DNA of 63,527 nucleotides, the filler included, from Hyphochytrium catenoides (Eukaryota > Protista > Hyphochytriomycota), in the NCBI GenBank assembly GCA_900088475.1. It is 4 parts of 4 records of this genome, joined end to end, with 100 filler letters (N's around TTAATTAATTAA, not from the genome) between each part and the next. Parts side by side here need not be neighbours in the genome. Positions count along the whole stretch, not along the records: positions 13,236 to 45,152 come from FLMG01004357.1; 3 more parts are not named here. One strand, given 5' to 3'. Below are positions 26,332 through 38,203 of the stretch, piece after piece. The translations under genes were made by a program, and so were the position numbers. A model generated the notes under the pieces. The model ran no database searches. It saw only the letters and a program-made list of their open reading frames with translations, and was not told where the DNA came from. Numbering within the stretch: position 1 is the stretch's first letter; every line of letters starts with the position of its first letter.

Positions 26332-27348
26332 NNCACACAGTGGATCCCGCGACAACGGCAGCTTGAGGGCAGGGCAGGACACAACAACAAAACACATGCT
26401 TTGACAGTAAGGAAAGAAGCATTTCAAAATAAACAAGATAGCAAGCTGAACACCAGGAAGGGAAGGACTGGTGCAGGAAGCAAGCTCACCTGTGGTAGGA
26501 GTAAGATAATTCTATAGAAGGGCAGGGACGGCAGAGAGGGAATGTAGCTATAACCGTAGCCGTTGTACAGCACACAGAGAAACACATGCAGAAAAAAAAA
26601 TGTTTGATTAAGGAAAGGTATGTCAATAAGAGAGGTTGTTAGGGCGGGACCCTAACTAACACCTGTAACAAAAACTTATGATGATTGAGATATTGCCATC
26701 TTGGAGCTCCACTATACGAGAGTTATAGCTTATGGCTGGGCTGGTGTCGCATGATGGACGGGGGCTGGTTATCTCGGGTGCTGTTATCATTGTGGGGCCT
26801 CCTTATCTTCTTATTGACTGTCAGCTGTGTAGATAGGAGCTTTTGGCGGTTGATTCATAGACGGCCCAAAGCGGTAGAAGCAGTTGTTCAGTTGTTACTG
26901 TACAAGAAGTTACCAGTTCCTCACTTACAGGCAGCGGTGGCGCTACCCCAGGTACACGACAGTTATCAACTTTCACATGTGAGGCAAATACTTAGGAGGG
27001 TACTTCAACCTAACCGTCGGATACCCAGGTGGAAGGGCATCCCCGCCCGAAGAGAATCGTCATTGATGAAGACAAAGATATAGAAGATCTGCACCGAATG
27101 GTGATGATGTGGATCAGAAGCTCACAGGGTAGGTTCCTAGGAGAGTAGAGGAGGTCTGGTCTGCCCAGCTGCCCCAGGAAGTGAGAGGCACCTTTTTTTT
27201 CTAACGGCTCCCTTCTTTCTGAGAGTAGCATCAATGCTTGCTTGTCTCTTGTCTCTTGCTTGATGGAGCACCAGCATGCTGTTGCGCCTTGTAGCTAAGG
27301 CTGCCGACGTTTCCAAGTTGACCACACATAGAGGGCACACCTTTCAAT

Positions 27349-30085
27349 ATGGCGCCCACCCTTCCTGGAGATGACTCTGGAGCTCAGTCTTCACTCCGAC
27401 CATTTAACGTCAATGTCGGCATCTTGGGGCATGTAGACAGTGGAAAGACGAGCCTCGTGCGGGCTCTTAGTACAGAGCTCTCTACAGCGGCCCTAGACAA
27501 GCATCCCCAGAGTCAAGAGAGAGGAATGACCTTAGATCTTGGTTTTTCTGCTTTTCGACTACCTGTTCCAGAGCATTGGCGCGAGGTGAGATGGCGACAC
27601 AGATATGTCTCTCTGCCAATCAAGGCTGACATCTTGACTCTCACAGGAGGATAGCCTAGTGACAGGCCAGGGCCAACAACCGTCCTCCTCTCTACCCTAC
27701 GATGGCGTGCAGTTCACGCTAGTGGATTGCCCCGGACATGCCTCTCTGATTCGCACCATCATTGGAGGTGCACAGATCATCGACTTGATGATCTTGGTGG
27801 TCGATGTGACTAAAGGGATACAGGCCCAGACGGCCGAGTGCCTCATTATAGGGGAGATTCTTTCAAACCAGCTTATAGTTGTCCTCAACAAGATAGACTT
27901 GCTTTCGGAAGAAGACAAAGAGGAGGCACTAAACGAAAGAAAGGAAGAGATCAGGAGATATCTTGCAGGTACCAAGTTCACAGACGCACCTATCGTTGCT
28001 CTCTCGGCCGCTGTTGGAGGCGAAGAGTCAATAGGAAAGGTCAGGAGAGTGACTCTTACGATCGCCTATGGTCTTTTGCGCTCCATCATAGTAGAATACT
28101 GTTCCTATCTATCTTGGATCTACCGGCATTCTCTCTGTGTGTTCGATCCCATTGGTAATCGCTCTTTGTCCCATGCTCCTGCTTTGGTCGACTATGCTCT
28201 GCAGGCTGCAGCCCACACTCAAAAGACTTTGTCCGCGAAGCGTTCTAGCTCCTCGTCCGTGCAACTTCCCGCTACCATCGGAGTTGACGGACTCTTAGAC
28301 CTGCTCTCCAGAAGCGTCAAGAAGCCCGAAAGAGAGAAGGATGGATCCTTCCTCTTCTCAGTCGACCATTGCTTCCAAATAAAGGGAAAGGGCACGATTC
28401 TCACGGGCACAGTGCTTCAGGGTGCCGTGAAAGTGAACCAGCTTATAGAAATACCGCAGCTCAAGGTCCTCACTTCCTCTTGGTCCTTTCCTCTGAGCTC
28501 TTCCTAACTTCGTCTGCAGGTGACCAAGAAAGTCAAGTCGATGCAAATGTTCCATAAGTCCGTCACTTCAGCCCATCAGGGAGACAGAGTTGGACTCTGT
28601 GTCGCTGGTCTCGATCCTTCGGCACTTGAGAGAGGGCTTGCGTGTTCTCCGGATACTATTTACCCCTTCTATGAGGCAGTTGCCGTTGTGGAGCGGGTGC
28701 CAGCGTATAAAGGGAAGATAAGAAGCAAGGCTAAATTCCATCTATCTGTTGGGCATGCCACCGTCATGGCGAGAGTGATCTTTTTCTCCAAGGCGGGAGG
28801 GCCAAGACAGAAGGAAGCGGGAGACGCCGTAAACCCGCAGTGTTTCTCATACAACGACATGGAGGAATATGAATATCAAGATGAAGGCTTTGGAGAGCTT
28901 GGGGAGAAGGAAGAGCTAACAGGCGGAGGACCGATAGCAAGCAGGTCAACAGATAACGGACCACAATTGGTTCTTTTGCAGCTAGAGCAACCGATCTTTG
29001 CCCCTAGCCAAGCCATTATATTAGCTTCCAAGCTGGACATGGACACGCACTTAGAGGCCTGTCGAATTGCTTTCCATGGACGACTTCTTCAAGCTTTCTC
29101 TCCCTCCTCCTCCTCTCGTCCCGTCACAACGGGGGGAAGTAGAGGAGAAGAGCTTAAGCTGTTGCGCTACAAGGAGCGTGTGGGCGTTGTTCAACGAATA
29201 TCAACGAAGGCTGCTTTAGAAACGGTAGAAAGGAAAGAGATTGTGGATGCGGAAGTGATAGTGGATGGCCTTTTTGGGAAAGAGACGGACCTCTCGCAAT
29301 ATCTCTCTCTTCAGGTTGTGAAGGAGGGAGAGGGGGCGGTGGGACGCATCGTTAGCTCCTTCGGAAAGACAGGAAAGGTAAAGGTCCTTCTCCCTTCTGT
29401 ATATTCTATTAAGGAGGGCGACAAAATACTCCTTCCCTTCAAGAAGTATATGTCTGTACATCAGCAGGGAAAGAAGAGGAAAAATGGACGAGACAAAAAG
29501 ATTTATCAGGACGAGAAGACTGTCTCGCTATGCGCTGAAAGGCAACGCTTGAGATACAACGCTGATAGACTTACAGAGACCTTGGGCTCAGAGAGTTTAG
29601 ATTCCTTAGAGTTCTCAGGCATTAAAAGCTCTGAGCGCGTGAAGGCCCGAAAGCATAGAGAAGAGGAGCAGGTAATGAAAGGGAGAGAAACAGAAGGCAC
29701 ACTGCGCGGGATCATCGAGAGGCTGAAGGGAGAAACAACCTCTGATGGACGGAACCCTATGGCGATATGCAGTGGGTTGTTCGGCTCTGCAGAGGAAGCC
29801 GAATGTTATATAGGAAAAGCGACAGAGACGGAACTAGGTAAGAGAGTATTCAGCTCATGAGAGAAGATTCAGGAGAAACTGCGTAGCAACTCGTCGCTTT
29901 CATTGTTTCCTTTCCGCGTGGCTTCTGCTTTGAGTTGTCTCCCTCACCCTTCTCCATATTATCCTCAATCAGGGGAACAAGGTACTATCACTGCCACTTT
30001 TGGGAAGGCTGGCAAAGTACGCGTCTCTTTCGAAGGAGGAACTCTTGCCAATGTAGGGTGTGCAGTGCAAGTAAGCAGGGTTTAA
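27349..30085 (+). CDS. EEFSEC: Selenocysteine-specific elongation factor eEFSec. Exons 27349-27585, 27647-28039, 28205-28465, 28520-29837, 29973-30085
   Basis: NVNVGILGHVDSGKTSL, DKHPQSQERGMTLDLGFS, TLVDCPGHASLIRTIIGGAQIID, GIQAQTAECL, NKID, SVDHCFQIKGKGT, KKVKSMQMF, GDRVG, FHLSVGHATV, CRIAFHG, and domain 4 GLFGKET..SFGKTGKVKV..FKKY. Confidence 0.95.
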
Positions 30086-30321
30086 GGCTGTAAACAACAC
30101 TCCTACACCGTGAGCGAGAGAGAGTGATGTAGAGTCAATGAAGAGGAGCTTTCTCTGAGTCAGTTAGAATGCCACTATTCTGTCAGGGGCATACTGACAC
30201 AGAGATGCATGTAGTCTGTGCCAGGTAAGGAACATGAGCTTATTAGGTTGGGAGCAATAGTATATTGAGCTTATTTATATAGAGAAGGATGTAGTGACCG
30301 CCACCATCACACCATCTCCCT

Positions 30322-31959
30322 TTATATGTCTGTTAAGCTAGCGACAGTTAGTACATAAAATACTGTGCCAAGGTGCAACGAGTACGGGTTGTTGGTCTGT
30401 GGGGAAGAAGACACGGGGGTTTAAAATAGAGGGGAAGAGGTGAGTGGGTGACCGACCCAATGTATGGTCGCATGAGCTCATTACCTCAGTCGCGACTTCT
30501 TCGTCGACATAGACAATCTTTCCAAGAATGTAGTCTGGGTACCTAGGTGGAACGATTCTAAGCACCAATGAAGAGTTTCTACTACTTGAGAAAAGATCGT
30601 CAACAGCTTCTCTCTCTCTCTCTCTCTCTCCCTCTCTGTTTCCAATGATCGTAGCTTCCCTTAGTTGCGAGACTCCGCCTTCTAAAGCCCTACCTTTGCT
30701 CCATCCTTCTAAAGGAAGCGATAGACTCATCCGAAAGATAGCGATGAGGGCAGCCAAGATGAAATGCGAGATAGATCCGGAGATCGTTTGACGATGAAGG
30801 TGCAGAAGTCGGCAGAAAAAGAGCGAGATCATTCACTTCAAACCTGTAAGATGTAAATAGCGAAAAATGGGTGAGTGACAAAGAGTTCCAACCAATTATG
30901 ATCCAGCAGAGAGAAAGCGAGGAGGAAGTTGGCCATCACTCCGCCCATCATCATCCTAGACTGAGGGATGGAAGCCTTTTCATGTAGATGCACCCTCTAC
31001 TTATGAAGTCAGGCCATATTCAAAGGGAGTGAAGAAGGCGAAAACTCTTTCTTACGATCTGAATGAGATCTTGTTAATCTGCATCGAGCTGCTTTCTAGA
31101 GTTCGGCCAAGCTCTTCTGACTTTGACGTTAGCTCTGCCTTTAGTCTCTGCATAGCACATCCGATGGTAAATGAGTAGTCGCAACGATAAGGAGGAAGGT
31201 AGAGGGGGCTGCTATAAGAAAATGGCGGCAGTGTGCGTGGAAGGAAATATGATGTCGGTTGTCAGCAGAAGGAAGGAATAGGAATCGTTGGGCCCTACCT
31301 CTTCCCGGACTCTGAGGCTTTCAAATCCGGAGGTAACCTTTGCAACTAGGGCATTGCAACTCTCTTCCTCCACAAGCTCTGTCTCTTCTTCGGCGTCGCG
31401 CCGGTCGTCGCCTTCCACCATGGAGCAGACCTTTTGCTTTATTTGTCCAAGGGCCGAGCTCTGCAGACGAGAGATTGCCCTCCACTTGTCTAGTTGTCCC
31501 CGTAGGGTTGTTACTTCCTGGTCTAGCTGCTTTTGTTTTTGAATCTGGGCGTGCAGATTGCTGAAAACAAGGCACAGACGATAAATAGGCCAAAGCGCCA
31601 AAGAAGAGAATGTAAGCAGATTGTAGAGTGGTGGTAGACGATCTATGGCATACTACATAGAGAAGCAATTAGAAGAGGCCTTGCAAATCGTCTAAGGCAA
31701 AAAAGTGATCTAATGCTCTCCTACTTACGCCTCTATTGCAGCTGCATTCAGCATGGCGTCATGTTGTTGGGCCTAAAGATACAGAATTCGTCGCAATCAG
31801 CAGATGAGGCAGGACGGCAGAGAGGCGAGGGTCGGGGGAATATAGACTCGTGAGAGAGGGGGAAGGAGAAGGAGAGAACCAGCGAGCGAGCGAGAGAGAA
31901 AGAGAAAGAGCGAGAAAGAGAAAAAGAGCGAGAGAAAGAGCGAGAGCGAGAGAGGGAGC

Positions 31960-31992
<33 letters not shown>

Positions 31993-32030
31993 GGAGNNNN
32001 NNNNNNNNNNNNNNNNNNNNNNNNNNNNNN

Positions 32031-32063
<33 letters not shown>

Positions 32064-35000
32064 CGTGGTATAGAGCAACGAACAGTAAAGTACAACGAGA
32101 AAGCTCCGACTGATGCTTCTTCTGGTCCGGCAAGACAAGGGATATGGGCGGCACTCTACCTCATACTTCACGAGCAGCATCCTCGAGTTTTCTAACTCAA
32201 CCTTCAAACTCCGCAGCTCTTCATTGTCCTTTGGAGACGGCGGAGGAGAAGATGTCGACTTTTCCTTCAAAGGAACTGTTCCAAGAGAGGGATACAGATG
32301 GAGCAGTGAAAGCTTAGCAACTTTAGGTGGCATTCAGACAGATAATCACCTACGTACTACAGACAGAGGGTACTTAACGAGGGAGATAGAGGGCGGAGTA
32401 ACTGGTGACAGACAAGACAACGCAAAGATCTAACCGGCAAACGCGGTTTTAGAAGTAGAATAAGTAGACGTAAGCTGGGAAAGCGATCAGTCTCCGTTCC
32501 ATGGAGCATCTACCACAGGAGAAATCATTCGCAGTGCAGTCACAAAGCAAATCGACTCCCAGCCAGCCCCACCATTTTTGCTCTTTTCCCGCTCTAGTTC
32601 GCCCTGCAACCGGGACACTTCGTACTCGAGCCGTCGAAGCTTCTCTTGCAACTGAGGAGAGTCTACATAGTCACAAATAGCACGTGCCGAGAATACATCA
32701 ATGCATTGTTAAATATTACCGCAGAGCAGACAGCCTTGCAGGAGAATAGAGTAGCAGGGCCTGTCAAGTCAGTAAAGGACTGTTAAAGGTAAAGTACGAG
32801 GTACCACCAATTTGAAGGTAAGAGACGTGGAGTAAAAGTCTTTATGGCGAAGGGTTAGAAGGTCAAAGTTCAAATCAGCGGGTACCATTGGGTGCACCCC
32901 AATCTGGATTGGAAGGCATGATGAGGCTTCCCTTCATCTCCTCTTCAACCTTCTCCTGCTGCTCTCTACCATGTTCACCGCCCTCTGCTAACATTTCGAC
33001 GTCCGGAAGACTTATGTCGAAGGGCCGCGTTCGAATCTCACATTGTGTCGGCTTTTCTACCAGGCCTGCACATAAAGACGGACAAGGAAACACGCTTAGA
33101 GTGAAAGGTCGGATCGATACGCCGCCATATAAGCGCGAGCGGCACAGGTAGATTGATATCTTGAAAGGAGGACAGAAGATGATACACTGTAGGGATACAT
33201 CGTCCGCTCGGGACAACGTGAGCGCCCAGGTTCGAACAAGGCCAGCACAGGGCAAAAACAAAGTATGCGGCTTCTCTTTTGTTTCCCATCACAATACGAC
33301 TGGTGCGATTCGACGGTGGCGCTTACCTGGGACTAAATCTCGTGGCAGGTGCTGGCCATGCTCTCGCAAAAATGACTCTCTAAGTGCCATTTCCTGCTCC
33401 CTCATCTGGCCAAGCTGTAGAGATTGAGATGGGCAAGAGCGTGTTACTCCCAGTTCCAGACCTTTATCCGGTTTAAGCTCTTTTTGGGACACTCTCTCTC
33501 ATAAGCCTTTGGCATAATCTCACTGTCTCCGCTATCAGCTTTTACCTCTTCTGCAATAGTCTCTAGCTTTGCGGTGAAGATCCTGCCGTACAGCTTACGT
33601 CGCGCAACCTCTCGTAGGCTTGCTCTATACGCATCGGGAAGCCGCCTATGTTCAAGAGAGTAAGACAGTCGCCGAGTTCTCGACTCCCGATCGCTTGAGC
33701 ATTTGTTGCATAGCCGGATAACCATTGCTGAGTGGACTTGGTACATACACGGAGCTAACAGCAGAGCCTTTCGCTCTCGTAGGGTTTCTCCCTCTCCACC
33801 CCCCATCGTCTACGCATGATGCCATCATGGTTGTCTAACGCTTACCGTATGTGCTCTAACTCTAAAAATTGCGCGTGTTGCCTTGCAAGCGCCTCTTTGA
33901 GGATGTTCATTCCCACGCCTAACTCTCTAATCTTGGATTGTACGGAGGCCACTTGTTGGAGGCGAGAAATAACCTCCTTGGAAGCCTTGGTTCTACTTTC
34001 AGTACAGCGCAGCATGAAAGAGCGGAGGCTGTTGTCCGCTTCCTCCATCGTATGCAGAACCTCGGACTTTGAGGTGGGAAGGAAGGAGGCACGCACACGA
34101 GACGAACCGTGACAGACACAAACAGAGAGGCAGAAGGGGTGATTAGGACAGTTCCAGAAAAGGGAGTGGCACAAAGGCATAGCACAGTGGGCGAAAGACG
34201 GAATCACTTAGTGTCCTTGTGGCGAAAGAGGAGGAGATATTACTAGACCAAGGAATGGCTTCCTACATTATCGGTAGTTCTAGGGGAGAAAGGTCACCGA
34301 GCCACAAGAAGGTCAAAAGAAACTCTTTTTACCTGCTGCGACAGAAGTTCTTCGAGCCCTCGCACCGCCTCCAGTGCGCTAGTCGAGCTCGTACCAAACA
34401 CTGATGCAGAATCTGTCCGCTGTCCAATGAGCTCATTGACTCTCGACATCACCTACATAAGGGTGCCCATGAGCCATGAGTGGATATATAGAAGCGAAGA
34501 ACAACTGTCGAGAGATTTTACTGAAGAGATAATCGGTTTACAGAGTAATGTAATAGAGGGCTCCTAGCTTTTGATGAGGAGTGAGGAGCTGAAGAGCGAG
34601 AGAGATCAAGGGAGCCCTGATGAGGGCAACAAAGCAAAAACAACCTAGCTTGAGGAAAGTGGACTAGGACAGAGGAAGTGTAAGTTCTGTCGTAACGAGT
34701 ACAAGGAATCGACGTCAAGAAGGAGAGGGAAGAAACAGACACATGGGATGCATGGAAAATAGGCAGGATAGATGGAGAGAAAGAGAGCCTCACAATCTCA
34801 TAGTTTTTTGAAAGTATATTGAGAGATTCTGTCTGCTTCTGTGCCATCCCTTGCAGAGCGGCCAGTTCTCCTTCCAGCTTTCCGATGCGGCTTGCTGCCT
34901 CTCCCTCTGACGAAGCAGCGACCTCTGCCACACTCTAGACGAGAAAGATTGTAAGGTGTCTACTATCAGAGACGGTTCGGGATATCGAGGTAAAGAGACT

Positions 35001-36928
35001 TGGACAGAGTGCAGAGTACTGCAAGCATTCTATTGTCTATTTAGGGATAGCTCCAGCAGCACTGGAGCCGCACCCTTGTGCTTCTTCTTGCGCCATACCT
35101 TGCTCACCGTCCTTACCTTATAGAGTCCTCGCAACTCCTCTGTCTTTTGTCCTAGAATAAGATGAGATTGGCGGCATTCCTGAGCCCACTGCTGTTCTCT
35201 TTCGACTGGAATGCAGTCAAGAAGCGTCTTCCGATCAGAGGTCTCGAGTGACTGTAAACAAAGCGACGGACCAATGAGAGAGAAAAGTCAGGATGAGAGT
35301 GAACCAGCACCAGAAAAGGAGGAATCACAGGAAAAGGAGACTGTGCCAAAAGGAGGAACGCAGCTAAACAGCGACGATCCCCATCACAGGAAATAAAGCA
35401 AGATCGAATCAAGGGCCCAAAAGTACGCCTTGAGGACTAGGACGAGCAAGGGAAAGGCAACACCAGCATCTTGAAAGACACTCAGTCCGCCTAGGGAGGC
35501 ACGAAGGGGTGGCAATAACAGTCAAAGTACACATGGATATTAGCAATACCCAGCACCGAGCGAGAGAATAGGTACAGGCCCGAGCTCCATTTCAGGCACA
35601 ACCTAACGGTTCTTCCTTAGGCTGATTGTACTCTTACTTTATGCAGGTTGATAGCTCCCAGCGCCTGGAGATCTGACTCAAAGGAATCTAACAGCGATTG
35701 GTGCTCTTCCTGCTGTTCTTGACAGTGCTGCTCGAAAGCTTGAAAGCTTCTAGAGATAGATGATCGAAACGTCCCAAGGTTATCAAACGCGGCAACGATG
35801 GCGTCCTCCTGAATCTATAAAGGGCAAGAGAGGAAAGAGTTACCGCCCAGCCTGTGGCAGAGCTACGTAGTCACCAGGTATGGCACGAGCAATGAGCACA
35901 GAAAGACCCGATACTATCAAGTAGAAAGTTGGCGACCTCAGGTAGCACATGGCGGAAGAAGGATGAAATCTCGCTTTCTTTTCCGGCCTCAGTGCACTTG
36001 CCTTCATCTGCTGGATGGTAGTGGCGCAAGCCTGAATCCGAGACTCGGCCCCTGACCGATAGACCTGCCCCTTCGCCACGGAGAGGGCGAACTGCTGCTC
36101 GTATTCCGCTAGTGCTCTTAGAAGTGGAGACGATGACTCTGCAAGGGCCCGAGAAGCCTGCGATATCACATTCGGAACCGTCGGGATGTCTAAGTCAAGT
36201 GGGACTAAAGGAGGTATGGGAGGCGGAGAGGAATCTGGAGAGAGAAGTGCGCGACTATAAAGGAAAGTCTTCTTCTCGGCCTGGCGGAAGAGAGAGTGTC
36301 AGACGTGGTAGATACGTTTCAATTTGACTTCCCAAGCCCCTATGCCCTGTGTACCGTCGTTCCATCGTCAACTTCCTGTCTTCATTCTTTCCTACTCTTC
36401 TCTCTCTCTCTCTCTCACCTGCACACGCAACCTCTCTCTCTCTCATCTTTGCATCCATTTACTGTTGGATCCATGACTTGTAACGCAAGCGGTAGCTCAC
36501 CGATGGAAAGCCATAGGAGGCCAAAGGCTTCTTTGGATCAAGCCGCGCATAGGGTGGCCCATAAAGTAGAATCTGATCATCCGGCGGTATACGGGTCCTC
36601 AGCGCTAGTTCACTTCGCAGGGTAGACACTGTGGCACTGTAGGCGCGGTGGGCAGCAAACGCCAGAAGCAGCAGGAAAGAAATAGAGACAATGGTTACAG
36701 AGAGCAGTCAGTAGGTTGTGTCAGGCAGTGATGGATAGACAAACGGTAGGAGGAAAAGCGCTAGACAGCGCGTGAAGGGTTAGCGGAGGCCGGGATGAGA
36801 GAAGCGTAACAGATAGACGAGACTGGGGAAGAGTTGTTAGCTACTCAGCGAGCATACTCATGCGGAAGCATCACGTGATGCAGAGTGCCATCCGTGGCAC
36901 ATTGTACAGCCACTTCGAAGCGCTTCAT
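30322..36928 (-). CDS. ATG11: Autophagy-related protein 11 / RB1CC1(FIP200)-like, multi-exon
   Basis: N-terminal ubiquitin-like region TVSTLRSEL..IPPDDQILL..LDPKKPLASY. ATG17-like scaffold LRALAEYEQQF, AFDNL, LLDSFESDLQALGAINLH, LPDAYRASLREVARRK, PFDISLPDV. C-terminal Claw ISFRSFEVNDLALFLP..YLAF..PHRYL..YILGKIV..NPYSLHLGTVFYVLTV. Start ATG inferred. Confidence 0.9.
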
Positions 36929-38203
36929 CTCCTGGGACACCGCCTTACTTATTCTCCTTTTATTGGCGAAGCAGCGTCACCGACCCCATACAAGGGCCTG
37001 GGACACGCTGCTGAGACAAGGATTGCAATGTCGAATGGATGCTCTCTCTTCCTCCAAGTCGAACAACACGACCTATCACACTATATAACACCAGAGCTTC
37101 TTTAACGAAGGGAAAGAGCGAGTTCACAACCAGTGGAGCAAGGGTTCACGGAACTGTCTGCTAGCACAAGGACCCACGTCGGTGATGCCACGTGACCCTC
37201 TAGGTTGGGCCACCGTGGCCACACTTACTACTTCCTAGAAGAGGTAGGCGGACGGTGTATGGCTTGAGATCTATGACAAGGGGTCGTCGAGGTCTATCAA
37301 CAAGCTTCAGATGAAGCTCTGCGTGCAGACTCGACCTCCGTCTTTCATCGTCGGCACCGGAAAGATCAGAAGACAGTTCCCAATGACGGAAAAACGCCCA
37401 AAAAGTTTCACAGAAAAAAGCAAATGGCATAGTTTTATAACTAGGAAACTATTGTAAGGTTTCGTATCCGACTGAATATTTTTTATACTTTCAAAGCTTC
37501 AAGGCCTCCCAGTTCTATAGACATTACCCTGTATTCTGTGAAATCAATAGATTTCCTAACTTTCAAGTTAGAGCCTTTAATTTTTTACTTTTTCTTAAAA
37601 CTCAAATAAATCTCTAATAAAAGGCCCACAAAGCTACTTCCTCTCTGCTCCTCTTCTTCCTTCTTCCTGTTCGCAACTCTCCCTCCGTTTTCAGAAGCAG
37701 CCTGTTAATTAACACTTCCAACGAATGTCAATTTAGCCACAAATTTCACATATTTTTGGCGAGCTTCAATTGCAATTTGACAAGTCTATTTAGCGATGTG
37801 TGAGCTATGAGTGCGTAATATGCGAATTATGAATGTCAAACAGGCGCTCTCAGACGTCATGTCTGGGTGTAGAGCTCATTCATGCGCTTTTTGATGAAGA
37901 TTATCGCCATCACCGCTTGAGGCATGCGCGTACAAGGTCCTTCAGACTTCAGCCACACTCTAGGAAGGCCAGCAAGTCTCTTTCTTGTCTGGGTGGTTGC
38001 GTAAGGCCTCTCGCCACTGAACGTCTCACAGCCAGATAGGGAGCCTCTTTGACTCGCACCTACTTAGCAAACCTCACTCGGGGTTACCTTTGCCCGGCAC
38101 GATGTCTCGCAAATAGCTTTCTTGCCTGAGAAGAGGAGACCTCTACCCTTGGCTGAAGGACTCGGAAGCCTTATCCACCTGCGCAGACAGGAGGGATCAC
38201 ATC
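36929..38203. promoter_or_regulatory. Divergent intergenic region, putative bidirectional promoter for ATG11 and the OTU gene, with an AT-rich core at about 37430-37630
   Basis: Head-to-head gene starts and a local AT-rich tract. No specific motif identified. Confidence 0.35.

Noticed and set aside
30836-30848. CTTCAAACCTGTA, resembling the tRNA-Sec anticodon arm, near eEFSec
   Set aside because: The 5' side cannot pair to form the stem and there is no cloverleaf. It is the reverse complement of an ATG11 splice acceptor and exon start.
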